Shown: piece after piece, positions 20,900 through 33,548 of the stretch
Numbering within the stretch: position 1 is the first letter of the stretch
Layout: each line of letters opens with the position of its first letter
DNA from: Dendrobates tinctorius
Lineage: Eukaryota
Reading direction: 5' to 3'
Length of the DNA: 64,000 nucleotides
NCBI RefSeq assembly: GCF_039654945.1
Contig: NW_027361700.1
Coordinates: 8,618,001 to 8,682,000, forward strand
Program-made: the position numbers and the translations under genes
The notes under the pieces: model-generated
What the model saw: only the letters and a program-made list of their open reading frames with translations
What the model was told of the DNA's origin: nothing
Databases searched by the model: none

Positions 20900-23800
20900 A
20901 TGTCTTCTGGATCGGAATATTCTCCATCCCAACAAGAACTGGCCCAAGCAGAGCGTGAGGTGAGTAATCTCGCTGCCTTTGGGTAAGTATAGCTGCCTCT
21001 ACAAATGTGTAATAATTTTTTTCTTTACAGACATCATCATCGGACCCGGCAAGTGAGGCGGAACAGCGGGAGCAGCCTAGCCAAGTCCCGGCGAGGAGAC
21101 GGATTGTAAGTATATAGTTTTTCAATGTCCCTTTCTTTTTTAATTTATTTTTTCTCTTCCTTTTTTCTGTCCTTTTTTTCATCTTCTATCTTGCTTCTTT
21201 TATTTCTATTTTTCTATATTTTTCATTCTCCAAAATTTCCAAGATTATAATTTTTTTCTAGGTTCCACAATGGGATGAAGGCTGTTGTGAGTTCATTTTC
21301 CCCTTCACCATTGAGGTCTGATGAACTCCCTCTGTTGGTGAAGGAAGGTAGTGAGGCTGATTACCAAGCACCTGAGCAGGATGATGATGACTGGGTGACT
21401 GGAATTGCTGACTGGATATAAGGCAGCCGACACCCTTCTGCCTTGCTGGTGATTTCTCAGAGGGATTCTAGGAGACCAGTCTGATTCCTGCTCCTCAAAA
21501 GCTAAGTTTTCTGCTCTGCTTTTTGCATTTGTGTTTTGGTTTTGTTTTGCCTTGTTTTTTCTGGATTTCTGCCATTCCCTGCTGGGGTGAGCTGAATTCC
21601 TTTTTTCTTTGTCTTCAGAAAATACCTGAGGACTGATATAGTCTTTTTGAAGCCTAGCGTCTTCAGGGCTTTTTTCCCTATCAGTCTGTTGGCTCTTGTT
21701 TTGATAGGGTTTTGGCGGATTGCAGACTGCAGCTTTTCTATCCTGTCCTATTTAGTTAGCTTGGGCCCCATCATTTGCTCAGCCTATCTTTCTATCTGTG
21801 TGAGTGTTTTTTCATCTTACTTCACCGTCATTATATGTTGGGGGCTGCCTATTGCTTTGGAGTCTGCTCTGGGGCAGTTTAGATTTCCCTTTGTGTCTTT
21901 AGGCTATTTAGTTCTCCGGCTGTGATCGAGGGGTCTAGGGAACCGTAGGAACCCCCCACGGCTACTGCTAGTTGTTGTTGATAGGTTCAGGGGTCTGCAA
22001 TCCGATAGCTGCCAGCTTCTCTGGACTTAGCTAGTATTTCTGTTTTTGCCTCCTACGGGACTCATTCATAACAGAAGGCATTTACTTGGACAATGAGCAC
22101 CTGATCCACCTGGTCCAGGCACGTGTCCCATTGTGGGACAGCCGTGACCATCAGAACAAGGACCCTGTGGTGACCCGGCAGCTCTGGAATGAGGTGGATG
22201 CAGCGATGATGGATGGCTGGGACAGCGCCTCTCCAACTTCCAAAAAGGCGTTTAGTAAGTATTTCCATGCTCTGTGATGCCGCATTGACTCTTGCTCCTG
22301 ATGATACTGGTGTGTTTCTTGCAAGATATATTCTTGCATGAAACACAAGTGTCCTCAGGATCAACAGTGACTGCATTGTGTATTGTAATGCTGTATTGAT
22401 CATGCTTTCACTCTTGCTCCTGATGATACTGGTGTGTTTCTTGCAAGACATATTCTTGCAGGAAACACAACAGTGTCCTCAGGATCAATAGTGAATGCAT
22501 TGTCTATTGAATTCTTTTGTGATGCCGCATTGAATGTTTGCCAAGTTCACTCAGGTGTGTGTGATGATACAGATGTTGCCATCAGTCATTGTATAACGTT
22601 TTTTCTTTGTTTTTTCAACAGTGAACAAAGTCCGCACACGTTGGCACTCGATGAAGGACAGCTTCAACACTGATGTTCGTGCTGAGGGACAGGTTCGCAG
22701 TGGTTCATTGGCAAGGACTAGAAGAAAATACCACTATCATCGCGAATTGGCATTCCTAAGACCAGTCCATGCCACCAGAGCGTAAGTATTATAAAAATAT
22801 ATATTTTTTAATAAGATGTGCTTTTCTATTCCATAGCTGATGCTTCTTGTAAATGCATGATAGTAATGGTTTTCTTTTCTTTTCACAGCACCTGGAGCAG
22901 CACCCTGCAACCTGTCCCTGGAGCGGGGTCCTTCATCGATTAACCTTGGACCTGTCGCAGCCATCCGACAGCCAGGAAGCATCTTGCAGGTCAGGAACAT
23001 GGACAGCTGGTGACCAGGAAGCTGATCAATCAGGTGTTCCCTTGTCCCAGGTCTCTGCCACTGGTTATGCGGGCACTTCCCACCAGTGGCAGAAGGCCTC
23101 GGACAGGCCTGTCTTGCCCAAGTTCATGCACTTGAGCGAGGCCTTTCATGCCAGCCTCAAGTCGCTGTCAGACAGAGTGCAAAGCGGTTTTTCACTCATA
23201 GAATGCAATTTTACCCATATGGAACACCGCTTCCACTCTGTCAACCAGCACCTTGACCATCTGGAGGTCGACCTCAACAGACCAGTGCACCATTTTTTCA
23301 GTAAAATTGAACGGGGCATGGCGGAACACCTTAGTCCTGAGCAACAGCTGAGTGTGTTGCAGGCCTGCAACACTGCTTACTTGCAGGCTATGCAGCAGAA
23401 TAGGTACGTGCAGCAGTCAGTGGTGTCATTTCCAACAGTGCCACCACTGACTCGCTACATCTCACTACCGACTTCTGCATACCACTGCACGGCCACCTGC
23501 ATTCCTAGCCAAGCCGGACACCACTACACCACACCAATGCCGAGTGCTGCTGGACACTCCACCCCCGCCACCACCATGGCAAGCGCTGCTCCTGTCTGGA
23601 GCACCGCCACCGGACCACCATCTTGGAGCAACGCCACCGCAGAACCTGCTTGGGCCACCGCCACCACTCATCATTATTCAAGGAGCACCGCCACCACTCC
23701 TCATCATAGGAGCACTGCCACCACTTCTCCTCCTAGGAGCACTGCCACCACTCCTCATCATAGGAGCACCGCCACTTCTCCTAGGAGCACTGCCACTTCT

Positions 23801-24206
23801 CCGAGGAGAACCAACACCACTTCTCCTTATAGGAGCACCACCACTTCTAGGAGCACCGCCATTGCCGAGCATCAGAGGGGTGACCCACATTCCCTCTTTT
23901 ACCCATCAAGGCCACAGTCCAGCAGCTCAAGGCAGTCAAGCAATGTAAGGCGGTCACACGGTGGAAGTCGGTCCAGGCAGGAGACTCCAGCCACAAAGAA
24001 GCAAAAAAAACCAAAAGACTTTGTTTGTCCCTCCCCCCTCTCCTCCTGATGTGTCTCAACCTGCCTCCAGTTCCATCCCTGAGCTCCCTTCCCCCAGTAC
24101 TTTTGTTGCCTCTTCCCCTAGAACCCCTTCCTCAACTTCCAGCCGTTCCTCATCACTCCACACCCTCAAAGTATCCCAATCTTCTCCCAAACATCATTCA
24201 CAATAA
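20900..24206 (+). pseudogene. Harbinger Myb/SANT (MADF) DNA-binding protein gene, spliced and disrupted
   Basis: GT-AG exons 20900-20959, 21031-21105, 21262-22254 (split by the LTR), 22622-22781 and 22889 onward keep phase. They give LDNEHLIHLVQARVPLWDSRD..LWNEV and NKVRTRWHSMKDSF..KYHYHRELAFL. There is a frameshift near 22925 and a Thr/Ser/Pro-rich repeat tail. Confidence 0.85.
21283..22073. mobile_element. Solo LTR (791 bp) inserted in the MADF exon
   Basis: TGTTGTGA...TCATAACA inverted termini, flanked by GAAGGC on both sides. Removing it restores the frame VPQWDEG-IYLDNEH. Confidence 0.88.
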
Positions 24207-24455
24207 AAAATTTGATTTTTTTTTTTTGTTTAAAAATAAATGTGCAATTCTGCTTTCACAAAATACGGTTTCATTAATGTGACTTTCGCTGCCTACACAC
24301 ACTGCGCCGTACACTTTGCGTTTTTGACACCACATAGCTCCATTACTGACACGTTTCTTGTATCAGTCTTGGAGATATGTGTAGTCAAAAACACATGACT
24401 TGTATTTTCACCACCAGTCTCTTCAGTCTGCTAATATTGCACAGACTGAATAGAG

Positions 24456-24617
24456 CAGGGTTCCCCAACTCCAGTCCTCAAGGCCCACCGACAGATCATG
24501 TTTTCAGGATTTCCTTTGTATTGCTCAGGTGATAATTGCTTCACCTGTGCAATACAAAGGAAATCCTGAAAAAATGATCTATTGGTGGGCCTTGAGGACT
24601 GGAGTTGGGGAACCCAG
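24456..24617. mobile_element. Palindromic hAT MITE, copy 1 (rearranged context)
   Basis: CAGGGTTCCCCAACTCCAGTCCTCAAGG...CCTTGAGGACTGGAGTTGGGGAACCCAG. Confidence 0.88.
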
Positions 24618-24822
24618 CTCTATTCAGTCTGTGCAATATTAGCAGACTGAAGAGACTGATGGTGAAAATACAAGTCAGAGATTAGCGTTTTTGACACCAC
24701 ATAGCTCCATTACTGACACATGTTTCTTGTGTCAGTATTGGAGATGTGTAGTCAAAAACACATGACTAGTATTTTCACCACCAGTCTCTTCAGTCTGCTA
24801 ATATTGCACAGACTGAATAGAG

Positions 24823-24984
24823 CAGGGTTCCCCAACTCCAGTCCTCAAGGCCCACCAACAGATCATGTTTTCAGGATTTCCTTTGTATTGCTTAGGTGAT
24901 AATTGCTTCACCTGTGCAATACAAAGGAAATCCTGAAAACATGATCTGTTGGTGGGCCTTGAGGACTGGAGTTGGGGAACCCTG
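24823..24984. mobile_element. Palindromic hAT MITE, copy 2
   Basis: Same 162-bp fold-back; 8-bp TSD GAATAGAG / GAAAAGAG (1 mismatch). Confidence 0.9.
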
Positions 24985-25849
24985 GAAAAGAGGATGGTGT
25001 TGAGTGCAAGGCATATCTATTGTTACCTTGCCAGGTATCCTAAAAAGTTAATTGACTATGGTGTTTTTTTACCATCATCATTTAACTATTTGAGAGACAA
25101 GGCAAGGGGATTCTAGATATACCTTGTAATTAGCCACATCCTCTATTCAGTGTGTGTTGAATAAACTGATGACATGATGGGGAAAATACACGTCATATGT
25201 ACAATACCCAGGCCTTGTATCATAACTATCACACCTGGGCAGGTGAATACACATGAGTTTTAACCTGCAGCGTCGCTTCAGTCTGCATTTATTTCAAGCA
25301 GACTGTAGTGATGCTGCAATTTAACTCATATGTGTATTCTCCTGCCCATGTGTGATAACTTTCTGAAGTCGGGATGCGTTTGTTTGTGCGTCCTCACTTC
25401 AGCATGACACCAGGCCTGGGTATTGTAGAACTTGTATAAACTTTATTATGTCTCCAGTCTGCGTTCAAACTCAAGCCACAGTGATGATTCTACAAATAAT
25501 ATTAATAGTCACAGGGTAATGTGTCATAAAGAGTGACGGATGCTAGTCATCCCCAAACCACCATTTGTAACATCAGGCCATGTGTCACAAATATTAGTTG
25601 TATTATCTCCACCGTCACTAAAAACTGAACACAAACTGTAGAGATGATAAAGGTCATACAACTTATGTGTGTGTTTGTATAGTCACCTGGTCAGGAGTAC
25701 TATTAAATTCATGATGCACAAAACACAGCATCATGAATTCACTGGTACACCTGGGCAGTTGATTATTGTATTGGAGTGTAAAAAGACAGAGTGCACTCGG
25801 TACAGGTATCAAAACAGGTTATAATTAACGTACACACAAGAAAACATTT

Positions 25850-27289
25850 TTACACCATTTGATCTTGCCATTCCACCCGTCCTACATCTGAGTTGAAGTA
25901 GGCCGCAAATTGGTCCCTCGTTTGGCCAACTTCAACGGATGACCTGAGAGGGTGCTGAGTAAATTCAGGCAATGGGTAAGGAGATGCATCGAGTTCAAAG
26001 TTCAGGTGCTCTCTAGCCATCACAAAATTATGTAGAACCACACAGGCCTTCACCACCTCATCCACTGTTTCCAGTTTCAGATTAATGGCTGTGCCGAGAA
26101 TGCGCCATCTGGTGACAAGTATACCAAAGGCACACTCTACAGTTCTTCTGGCCCTGGTCAGCCTGTAATTGAAATTTTTTTTGGTGTGGTCCAAGTCCTG
26201 GCTGGAGTAGGGTTTGAGCAGGTTTTGGTACATCTGGAATGCCTCATCCCCAACCATTACAAATGGCTGTGGCAGACCTTCGGTGTTGGGAAGAGGCCAT
26301 GGCATGGGGAAATTGAACAGGTTGCCATACAACCTCCAGCCCATGTCCGAGTTCTTAAAAGCCTGGGAGTGATCCACTGCAGAAAACATACATACTGCAT
26401 CCGAAATGGCCATGAGTACTGTAGAAAACTACTTTTTGTAGTTATAGTACTCAGATCCAGTTCTTTTTGGTTTGATAATCCGGATGTCTTTCCCATCAAC
26501 CGCTCCCAAACAGTTGGGGAAATTGCAGACTGTCCAGAATTTTTCTGCTATTTCCATCCACTTTTCGGCGGTGGGCAGGGGTATAAATTCAGGACAGAGA
26601 ATGTTCCACAAAGCACGGCAGGTGTCCGCAACAAGTGCAGACAAGGTGGATATTCCAATCCGGTACTGGAAGTGGAGTGAAGAGAGGCTCTTTCCAGTAG
26701 CCAGGAATCTGGGAAACCAAGAAAATACAAAAATTAATATTTATGTATATGGATTTTTAAAACAAAAACAAAAATACATGGCATAAAAATATATCTGCAG
26801 CCTTTTGTTTACTACATGGCATAAAAATAATACTGCAGCCATTTGTTTACTACATGGCAGAACAATAATTCTGCCAGATTTGGAATAGTACATGACAAAA
26901 CAAAGAAACTTATGCAGGCATTGGTTTTGCAATACTACGTACCGTAATGTGACCAGGAGCCGCTCCTCAGGAGGAATCGCACTATGGAGCTGTGTGTCCT
27001 GGCTCCGTATGCCTTCTTGGACATGAGCAAGTAAATCACTGAAGCTTTGTTCAGACATCCGGGTATAATCAGTAAATTTCTCCGGGTTTGCCTGGAGCTC
27101 GCTGTAGAGGGTGTGGTACGATCCACGGCTCTCCCGGAGTTCAATAATCGGATGTATCCCCAAACTCGGCCGCTGCCGTCTTCGCTGTCTCTCTCTCTCC
27201 CTTTGTTGATGGCAAGCAACTGCATAAGCCTGAGCCATCCTGATGTCCAGATCCAAGTTGAAGTGAAAACTCTTCCAATGCAGATCCAT
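25850..27289 (-). pseudogene. Harbinger DDE transposase (HARBI1-like), two exons, frameshifted
   Basis: Exon 27289-26943 (..YTRMS..AIPPEERLLVTLR) splices GT-AG to 26708-25850 (FLATG.., NFPNCLGAVDGKDIRI, VGDEAF, FNYRLTRARRTVECAFGIL..RWRIL, ACVVLHNF). The frame breaks near 26430. Confidence 0.92.
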
Positions 27290-29054
27290 GTTTCACAAAG
27301 GAAAATGCAAGCAAATGTGAAGGATTCAGCTGTAAACAGGGTCTATATAAAGAATTCCCATAACACACGCCCACTGCTGTCCCATTGGTGGAGTCTGTTG
27401 CAATAATTTTTCAAGGATTTTCCTTCTGTGAAATGTGAGACCTAGACAACCCATGCGCATAAAAAACGCAAACGCATGGAAAAACGCTTGAAAACGCATA
27501 CAAACGCTGCGTTTTTTGTCATAATGCGCACGATGATGCGATGAAAAATTGCAGCATTTACAAGCGCTTGCATGCATTTTTTCGCATGCGTTTCATGTGC
27601 ACACGAAATGCTGTGCAAAACGGCGCAAGTGTGAAACTAGCCTAACACAAACTGAACACAACAAACTTTTTTGACCATACTGGCAGTCGTCTGGTCTGAA
27701 TAATTTTACTGGCACAATAGTAGAGCTGTTGTCCTATTTCTTCTTGTAGAAAATATGCAGTATGTGACAGAGGCACCTAAAGCACATGGGAAAGGAGATT
27801 AATGCCCAATTCCTCATGGCTGACATTTCACAAACCATTATTGATGAATAGTGTGCTGGAGAAAGATGTTACAAATTCATCAATAAATACTATCTTTCAG
27901 CTGCTGTTGTAAATTATGGTGAATTCGCCAGCGGCACTGGGCCAAGCCTCCTTCTTCCCCACTTTTTGCGTAAGTACAAGTTGTACAAAAATTTTGCAAC
28001 ATTTGAAATGTTTTTATGCTGGAATTCTGTTGCATAGTTGATGAATCAGTGCCTGGACTTGGACATCTAAATTTTACATTTGTCTGATAAAATAGCCACT
28101 AAGTTGTGAGTTTTGGATTATTTTAAAAGAGTTCATTGAGGCATAGTTAGGGTTTTGGTTCAGGAGGGTGAAGCTTCTGAGTGGGCTCCTAACCAGGTAA
28201 CCTTGATTACAACTGGGTGACGCACCCCAAAAGTGGATGTAGGAGAACCTCAGCAAATGACCGTGCTATTACTGAAAATAATCTACATACAAACACAAAC
28301 ATTGATATTACCGCCATTGGTAGATACCAGTCCTGCAGAACATATAACAGATCAAAGTACAGTTACAGATGGTGACTTACAGAGGATGTTCTTTCTGATG
28401 GAGTTGTTCACTTTTCCGGTCTTTTCCATCTGGCCCAGACCGACAGAACTTCTTCCACCCAGGATCTTCTACAGAGATTACAACAAAGACACATTTTACT
28501 TATCATATTTTCAGCACGTCACCATTTATTCCCAACCTGCACAAACTCCTCATCCTGCTCATACCTCAATGCTGCTGTTGTATGTGTCCCTATTACTGCA
28601 TCTGCTGTGTGGTTCTCTGTGCCCTCTAATTGCTAACGCAACTCTCTAGAATAGAACTATGCCGGGTGCAAGTGCCCTAGAAAACAGTGCCCACATTTTG
28701 CCCCCTGGGAAAGTAATAGTTCCCTGTGTGCTCTTTGATAGTCACAGTAACATGAGTTCCACTATAACAAGTGCCCATTTAACATTGAATAACGTCCCGA
28801 GTCTCCCCCCTGTACAGCTCCCCTATACACAGTATGATGCTCTCTTATACATAACATGATGCCTCCTCACTGTAATGTACCCCCACACAGTATACTGACC
28901 CCTTAGTCGCCCCCGAACTGATTCATAGCCCCAACACTGTGTGATGGCCCCTTCCCTGTAATCTCCACACAGTATGATGGCCTCCTAGATAGCCTCCATA
29001 TATATTATAAAGTACCAGATAGTCCTCAAATAAGTATAATGCACTCAGAGTAAA

Positions 29055-30261
29055 TCGTTAGCAAGGCCAAAAAAAGACATTTGTCCATCCAGTTCAGTCT
29101 ATGTTCCGTCAGAATAAATCCCCAGATCTACATCCTTCTAAAGAACCTAATAACTGTAAGATACAATATTGTTATGCTCGAGGAAGACATCCAGGCCTCT
29201 CTTGAACCCCTCGACTGAGTTCGCCATCACCACCTCCTCAGGCAAGGATTTCCAGATTCTCACTGCCCTAACAGTAAAGAATCTTCTTCTATGTTGGTGG
29301 AAAAACCTTCTCTCCTCCAGACACAGAGAATGCCCAATTGTGACCGTCACCTTCCTTGGTATAAACAGATCCTCGGAAAGATATTTGTATTGTCCCCTTA
29401 TATACTTATACATGTTTATTAGATAGCTCCTCAGTCGTCTTTTTTCTAGACTAAATATTCCTAATTTTACTAATCTCACTGGGTATTGTAGTTTCCCCAT
29501 CCTCTTTATTAATTTTGTTCCTCTCCTTTGTACTCACTCTATTTCTATTATATCCCTCCTGAGCACCGGTGCCCAAAACTGTACACAGTACTCCATGTGT
29601 GGTCTAACCAGGGTTTTGTACAGAGGCAGTATAATGCTCTCATCATGTGTATCCAGATCTCTTTTAATGCACCCCATGATCCTGTTTGCCTTGGCAGACG
29701 CTGCCTGACACTGGCTGCTCCAGGTAAGTTTATCATTAACTAGGATACCCAAGTCCTTCTCTATGTCAGATTTACCAAGTGGTTTCCCATTCAGTGTGTA
29801 ATGGTGATATTAATTCCTTCTTCCCATGTGTATAACCTCACATTTATCATTGTTAAACCACATCTGCCACCTTTTGGCCCAAGTTTCCAACTTATCCAGA
29901 TCCATCTGTAGTAGAATACTATCTTCTCATGTACTGACTGCTTTACATAGTTTTGTATCATCTGCAAATATCGATATTTTACTGTGAAAACCTTCTACCA
30001 AATCGTTAATAAATATGTTGAAGAAAGTAGCCAGTTACTTACCCGTTTACACACATTTTCCCCCAGACCCAGCATTCTCATTTTGTGTACCAACCTCTTG
30101 TGTGGCACAGTATAAAACTCACCTTGGTCCAGTCTATAATTCTTCATAAAAACGATTAGAATGGTTTCACAGGAGCGATTCCTCATAAACCCATGCTGAT
30201 ATGGAGTTAAACAGTTATTCTCATTGAGATAAACCAGAATAACATCCCTCAAAAACCCTTC
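29055..30261 (-). mobile_element. CR1 LINE 3' portion with internal deletions
   Basis: ORFs 29147-29500 and 29534-29752 (LEKRRLR, YKTLVRPHMEYCVQFWAP); QHGFMRNRSC near 30190. Confidence 0.9.
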
Positions 30262-30562
30262 ATCCCTTCCCATAGGTCTGTATAGTATCATGCACCAGAT
30301 AGTCCTCAATATAGTATAATGCACTCCCCATAAGCCTGTACAGCATAATGCATTCCCCATAGGCAGCCTGTATAGTGTAATGCACTCTCCATAGGCCTGT
30401 ATAGTATAAAGCACTCCCCATTGGCCTGTATAGTATAATGCACTCCCCCATAGGCAGCCTGTATAGTATAATGCATTCCCATTGGCAGCCTGTGTAGTAT
30501 AATGCATTCCCCATAGGCAGCCTGTATAGTATAATGCACCCCCATAGACAGCATCTATAGTA

Positions 30563-33548
30563 TACTGCTCAAAAAATAAAGGGAACACTAAGATACCACA
30601 TCGTAGATATCACTGAATGAAATATCGCAGCTGCAAATCTTTATTCATTACATAGTGGCATGCTTTGAGAACAAGAAAACATAAAAATGATCAATCTAAA
30701 TCAAAATTAATATCCCCTGGAGGTCTGGATACTCAAAATCAAAGTGGAAAATCAAATTACAGGCTGATCCAACTTCAGTGGAAATGCCCCGACAAGGAAG
30801 TGATGATCAGTAGTGTGTGTGGCCTCCACGTGCCTGTTTGACCTCCCTATGACACTTGGGCATGCTCCTGATGAGTCGGTGGATGTTGTCATGACGGATC
30901 TCCTCCCAGACCTGGACTAAAGCATCCGCCAACTCCTGGACAGTCTGTGGTGTAATGTGACTTTGGTGGACGAAGCGAGACATGATGTCCCAGATGTGCT
31001 CAATCGGATTCAGGTCTGGGGAATGGGCGGTACAGTCCATAGCTTCAGTGCCTTCATCTTACAGGAACTGCTGACACACTGCAGCCACATGAGGTCTGGC
31101 ATTGTCCTGCATTAGGAGGAACCCAGGGCCAACCACACCAGCATATGGTCTAACAAGGGGTCTGAGGATCTCATCTCGGTACCTAATGGCTGTAAGGCTA
31201 ACCCTGGTGAGCACACGGAGGGCTGTGCGGCCCTCCAAAGAAATGCCACCCCACACCATTACTGACCTACTGCCAAACCGATCATGCTGAAGGATGTTGC
31301 ATGCCAGACCAATGCCCAAACCCCATAACCTCCCTACTTAACATCACTGAAGGGGAGCTTGCTCATCTTCTCTCCAAATCGCACCTCACCACTTGTACAC
31401 TTGACCCTATCTCATCCCACCTCCTCCCCAACATCACCACCACTCTTATCCCATCTCTAACCCACCTCTTCAACCTATCACTAACTTCCGGTACCTTCCC
31501 TTCTGCTTTCAAGCATGCCACAATCACGCCTATCCTTAAAAAGCCAACCCTCGACCCAACAGCCATGTCCAGCTATCGCCCAATATTGCTGCTCCCATTT
31601 GCTTCCGAACTCCTGGAACAGCATGCCCATGCTGAACTTTCCTCCCACCTCTCCTCTAACTTGCTCTTTGACAATCTACAATCTGGTTTCCGTCCCCATC
31701 ATTCCACTGAGACAGCCCTGACCAAAATTACCAATGACCTACTTACAGCCAAAGCTAACAGACAATACTCTATACTCCTCCTTCTAGACCTGTCCTCTGC
31801 TTTCGACACAGTTGACCACTGCCTCCTACTACAGATCCTCTCCTCCGTTGGCATCAGACCTCGCCCTATCCTGGATCTCCTCATACCTTACCAACCGCAC
31901 ATTCAGCGTCTCCCACACTACCTCCTCATCCCACCCTCTCTCTGTTGGGAGTCCCCCAAGGCTCTGTTCTAGGACCCCTACTCTTCTCAATCTATACACT
32001 TGGCCTGGGGCAACTCAAAGTCCCATGGATTTCAGTACCACCTCTATGCCGATGATACTCATATCTACCTCTCTGGCCCAGACGTCACCTCTCTGCTGTC
32101 CAGAATCCCAGAGTGTCTATCAGCCATATCCTCCTTCTCCTCTCGCTTCCTCAAACTCAATGTGGACAAATCGGAACTGATCATCTTTCCCCCATCTCAC
32201 AGATCTTCCTTACCCAACCTATCTATAACAATTGACGACATCATGATTTCCCCCGTACCAGAGGTCCACTGCCTCGGAGTAACCCACTCTTCCCTGTTCT
32301 TCAATCCGCACATCCAAGCTCTCTCCACCTCCTGTCGCCTCCAGCTCAAAAATATTTCCAGAATCCATCCCTTCTTCAACCCTCATTCTAATAAAATGCT
32401 TGTGCATGCCCTCATCTCCCACCTCGACTATTGCAACATCCTTTTCTGTGGCCTCCCTGCTAACACCCTCGCACCTCTCCAGTCCATCCTTAACTCTGCC
32501 GCCCGACTAATTCATCTCTCCTCGCTACTCCTCCGCTTCTCCCCTCTGCAAATCTCTTCACTGGCTCCCATTCCCTCAGCGTATCCAATTCAATTTACTA
32601 ATACTGACCTACAAGGCCATCTATAACCTTTCTCCGCCTTATATCTCTGAACTAATCTCCCGATATCTTCCCTCACGTAATCTCCGGTCCTCCAAGACTT
32701 CTCCCGAATAGCCCGCATCCTCTGGAATTCTTTGCCCCAACACGTCCGACTATCAACCACAATCGGATCCTTCAGACGGAACCTGAGAACCCATCTCTTC
32801 AGGAAAGCTTACAGCCTGCAAAGATCCTCGCTGCCTCCTCACCACTACTGGAGCTACTGCCTCACCATCACTGGAGCTGCTGCAACCCCCAAACCTACTG
32901 TCTCCTTCCCCACTATCCTGTAGAACGTAAGCCCGAAAGGGCAGGGTCCTCTGTCCCTTCTATATCAGTCTGTGATTTTTAGTTTGTTTACTGTAAGTGA
33001 TATCTGTACTTTGTATGTTACCCCTGTTGCAGACAGCAGATCGCTCTCCATGGCGTCTCCAGACTCTGTAACATGTGCTCAGTGTGAACCTGCTTTCATC
33101 TGTGAAGAGCACAGGGCGCCAGTGGCGAATTTGCCAAACCTGGTGTTCTGTGGTAAATGCCAAGTGTCCTGCACGGTGTGAGGCTGTGAGCACAACCATC
33201 ATCTATGGACATCGAGCACTCAGGCCATCCTCATGGAGTCGATTTCTAACCGTTTGTGCAGACACATGCACATTTGTGGCCTGCTGGATGTCATTTTGCA
33301 GGGCTCTGGCAGTGCTCCTCCTGTTCCTCCTTGCACAAAGGCTGAGGTAGCAGTCTTGCTGCTGGGTTGTTGCCCTCCTACAGCCCCCTCCACGTCTCAT
33401 GGTGTACTGGTCTGTCTCCTGGTAGCGCCTCCAGCCTCTGGACACTATGCTGACAGACACAGCAAACCTTCTTGCCACAGCTCGCATTGATGTGCCATCC
33501 TGGAGGAGTTGCACTACCTGAGCAACTTTTGTGGGTTGTAGAGTCCGT
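30563..33548 (-). mobile_element. Tc1-like (DD34E) element, one end missing, split by an L2 insertion
   Basis: Terminus (T/C)ACTGCTCAAAAAATAAAGGGAACACT after TA. Minus-strand pieces give an HTH ([17 protein letters not shown]), LFTDESRF, VMVWGGIS, MQDNARPH and SPDLNPIEH. Confidence 0.9.
31302..33024 (+). mobile_element. L2-clade LINE fragment (reverse transcriptase)
   Basis: SYRPI.LLP, QSGFRPHHSTETAL, LLDLSSAFDTVDH, HLYADDTHIY and LDYCN motifs; flanked by a TGTTGCA duplication of Tc1 sequence (31295-31301 and 33025-33031). Confidence 0.92.

Larger units (their letters stand above)
20324..27642. mobile_element. Full-length PIF/Harbinger transposon (7.3 kb) with two convergent genes
   Basis: TIRs GGCTGGTTTCACACTAGCG and CGCAAGTGTGAAACTAGCC, TAA TSD on both sides, a MADF/Myb-like gene on + and a DDE nuclease gene on -. 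Confidence 0.93.

Noticed and set aside
25850-27289. Host HARBI1 gene
   Set aside because: Frameshifted and lies within TIR/TAA-bounded Harbinger ends together with the MADF partner gene.
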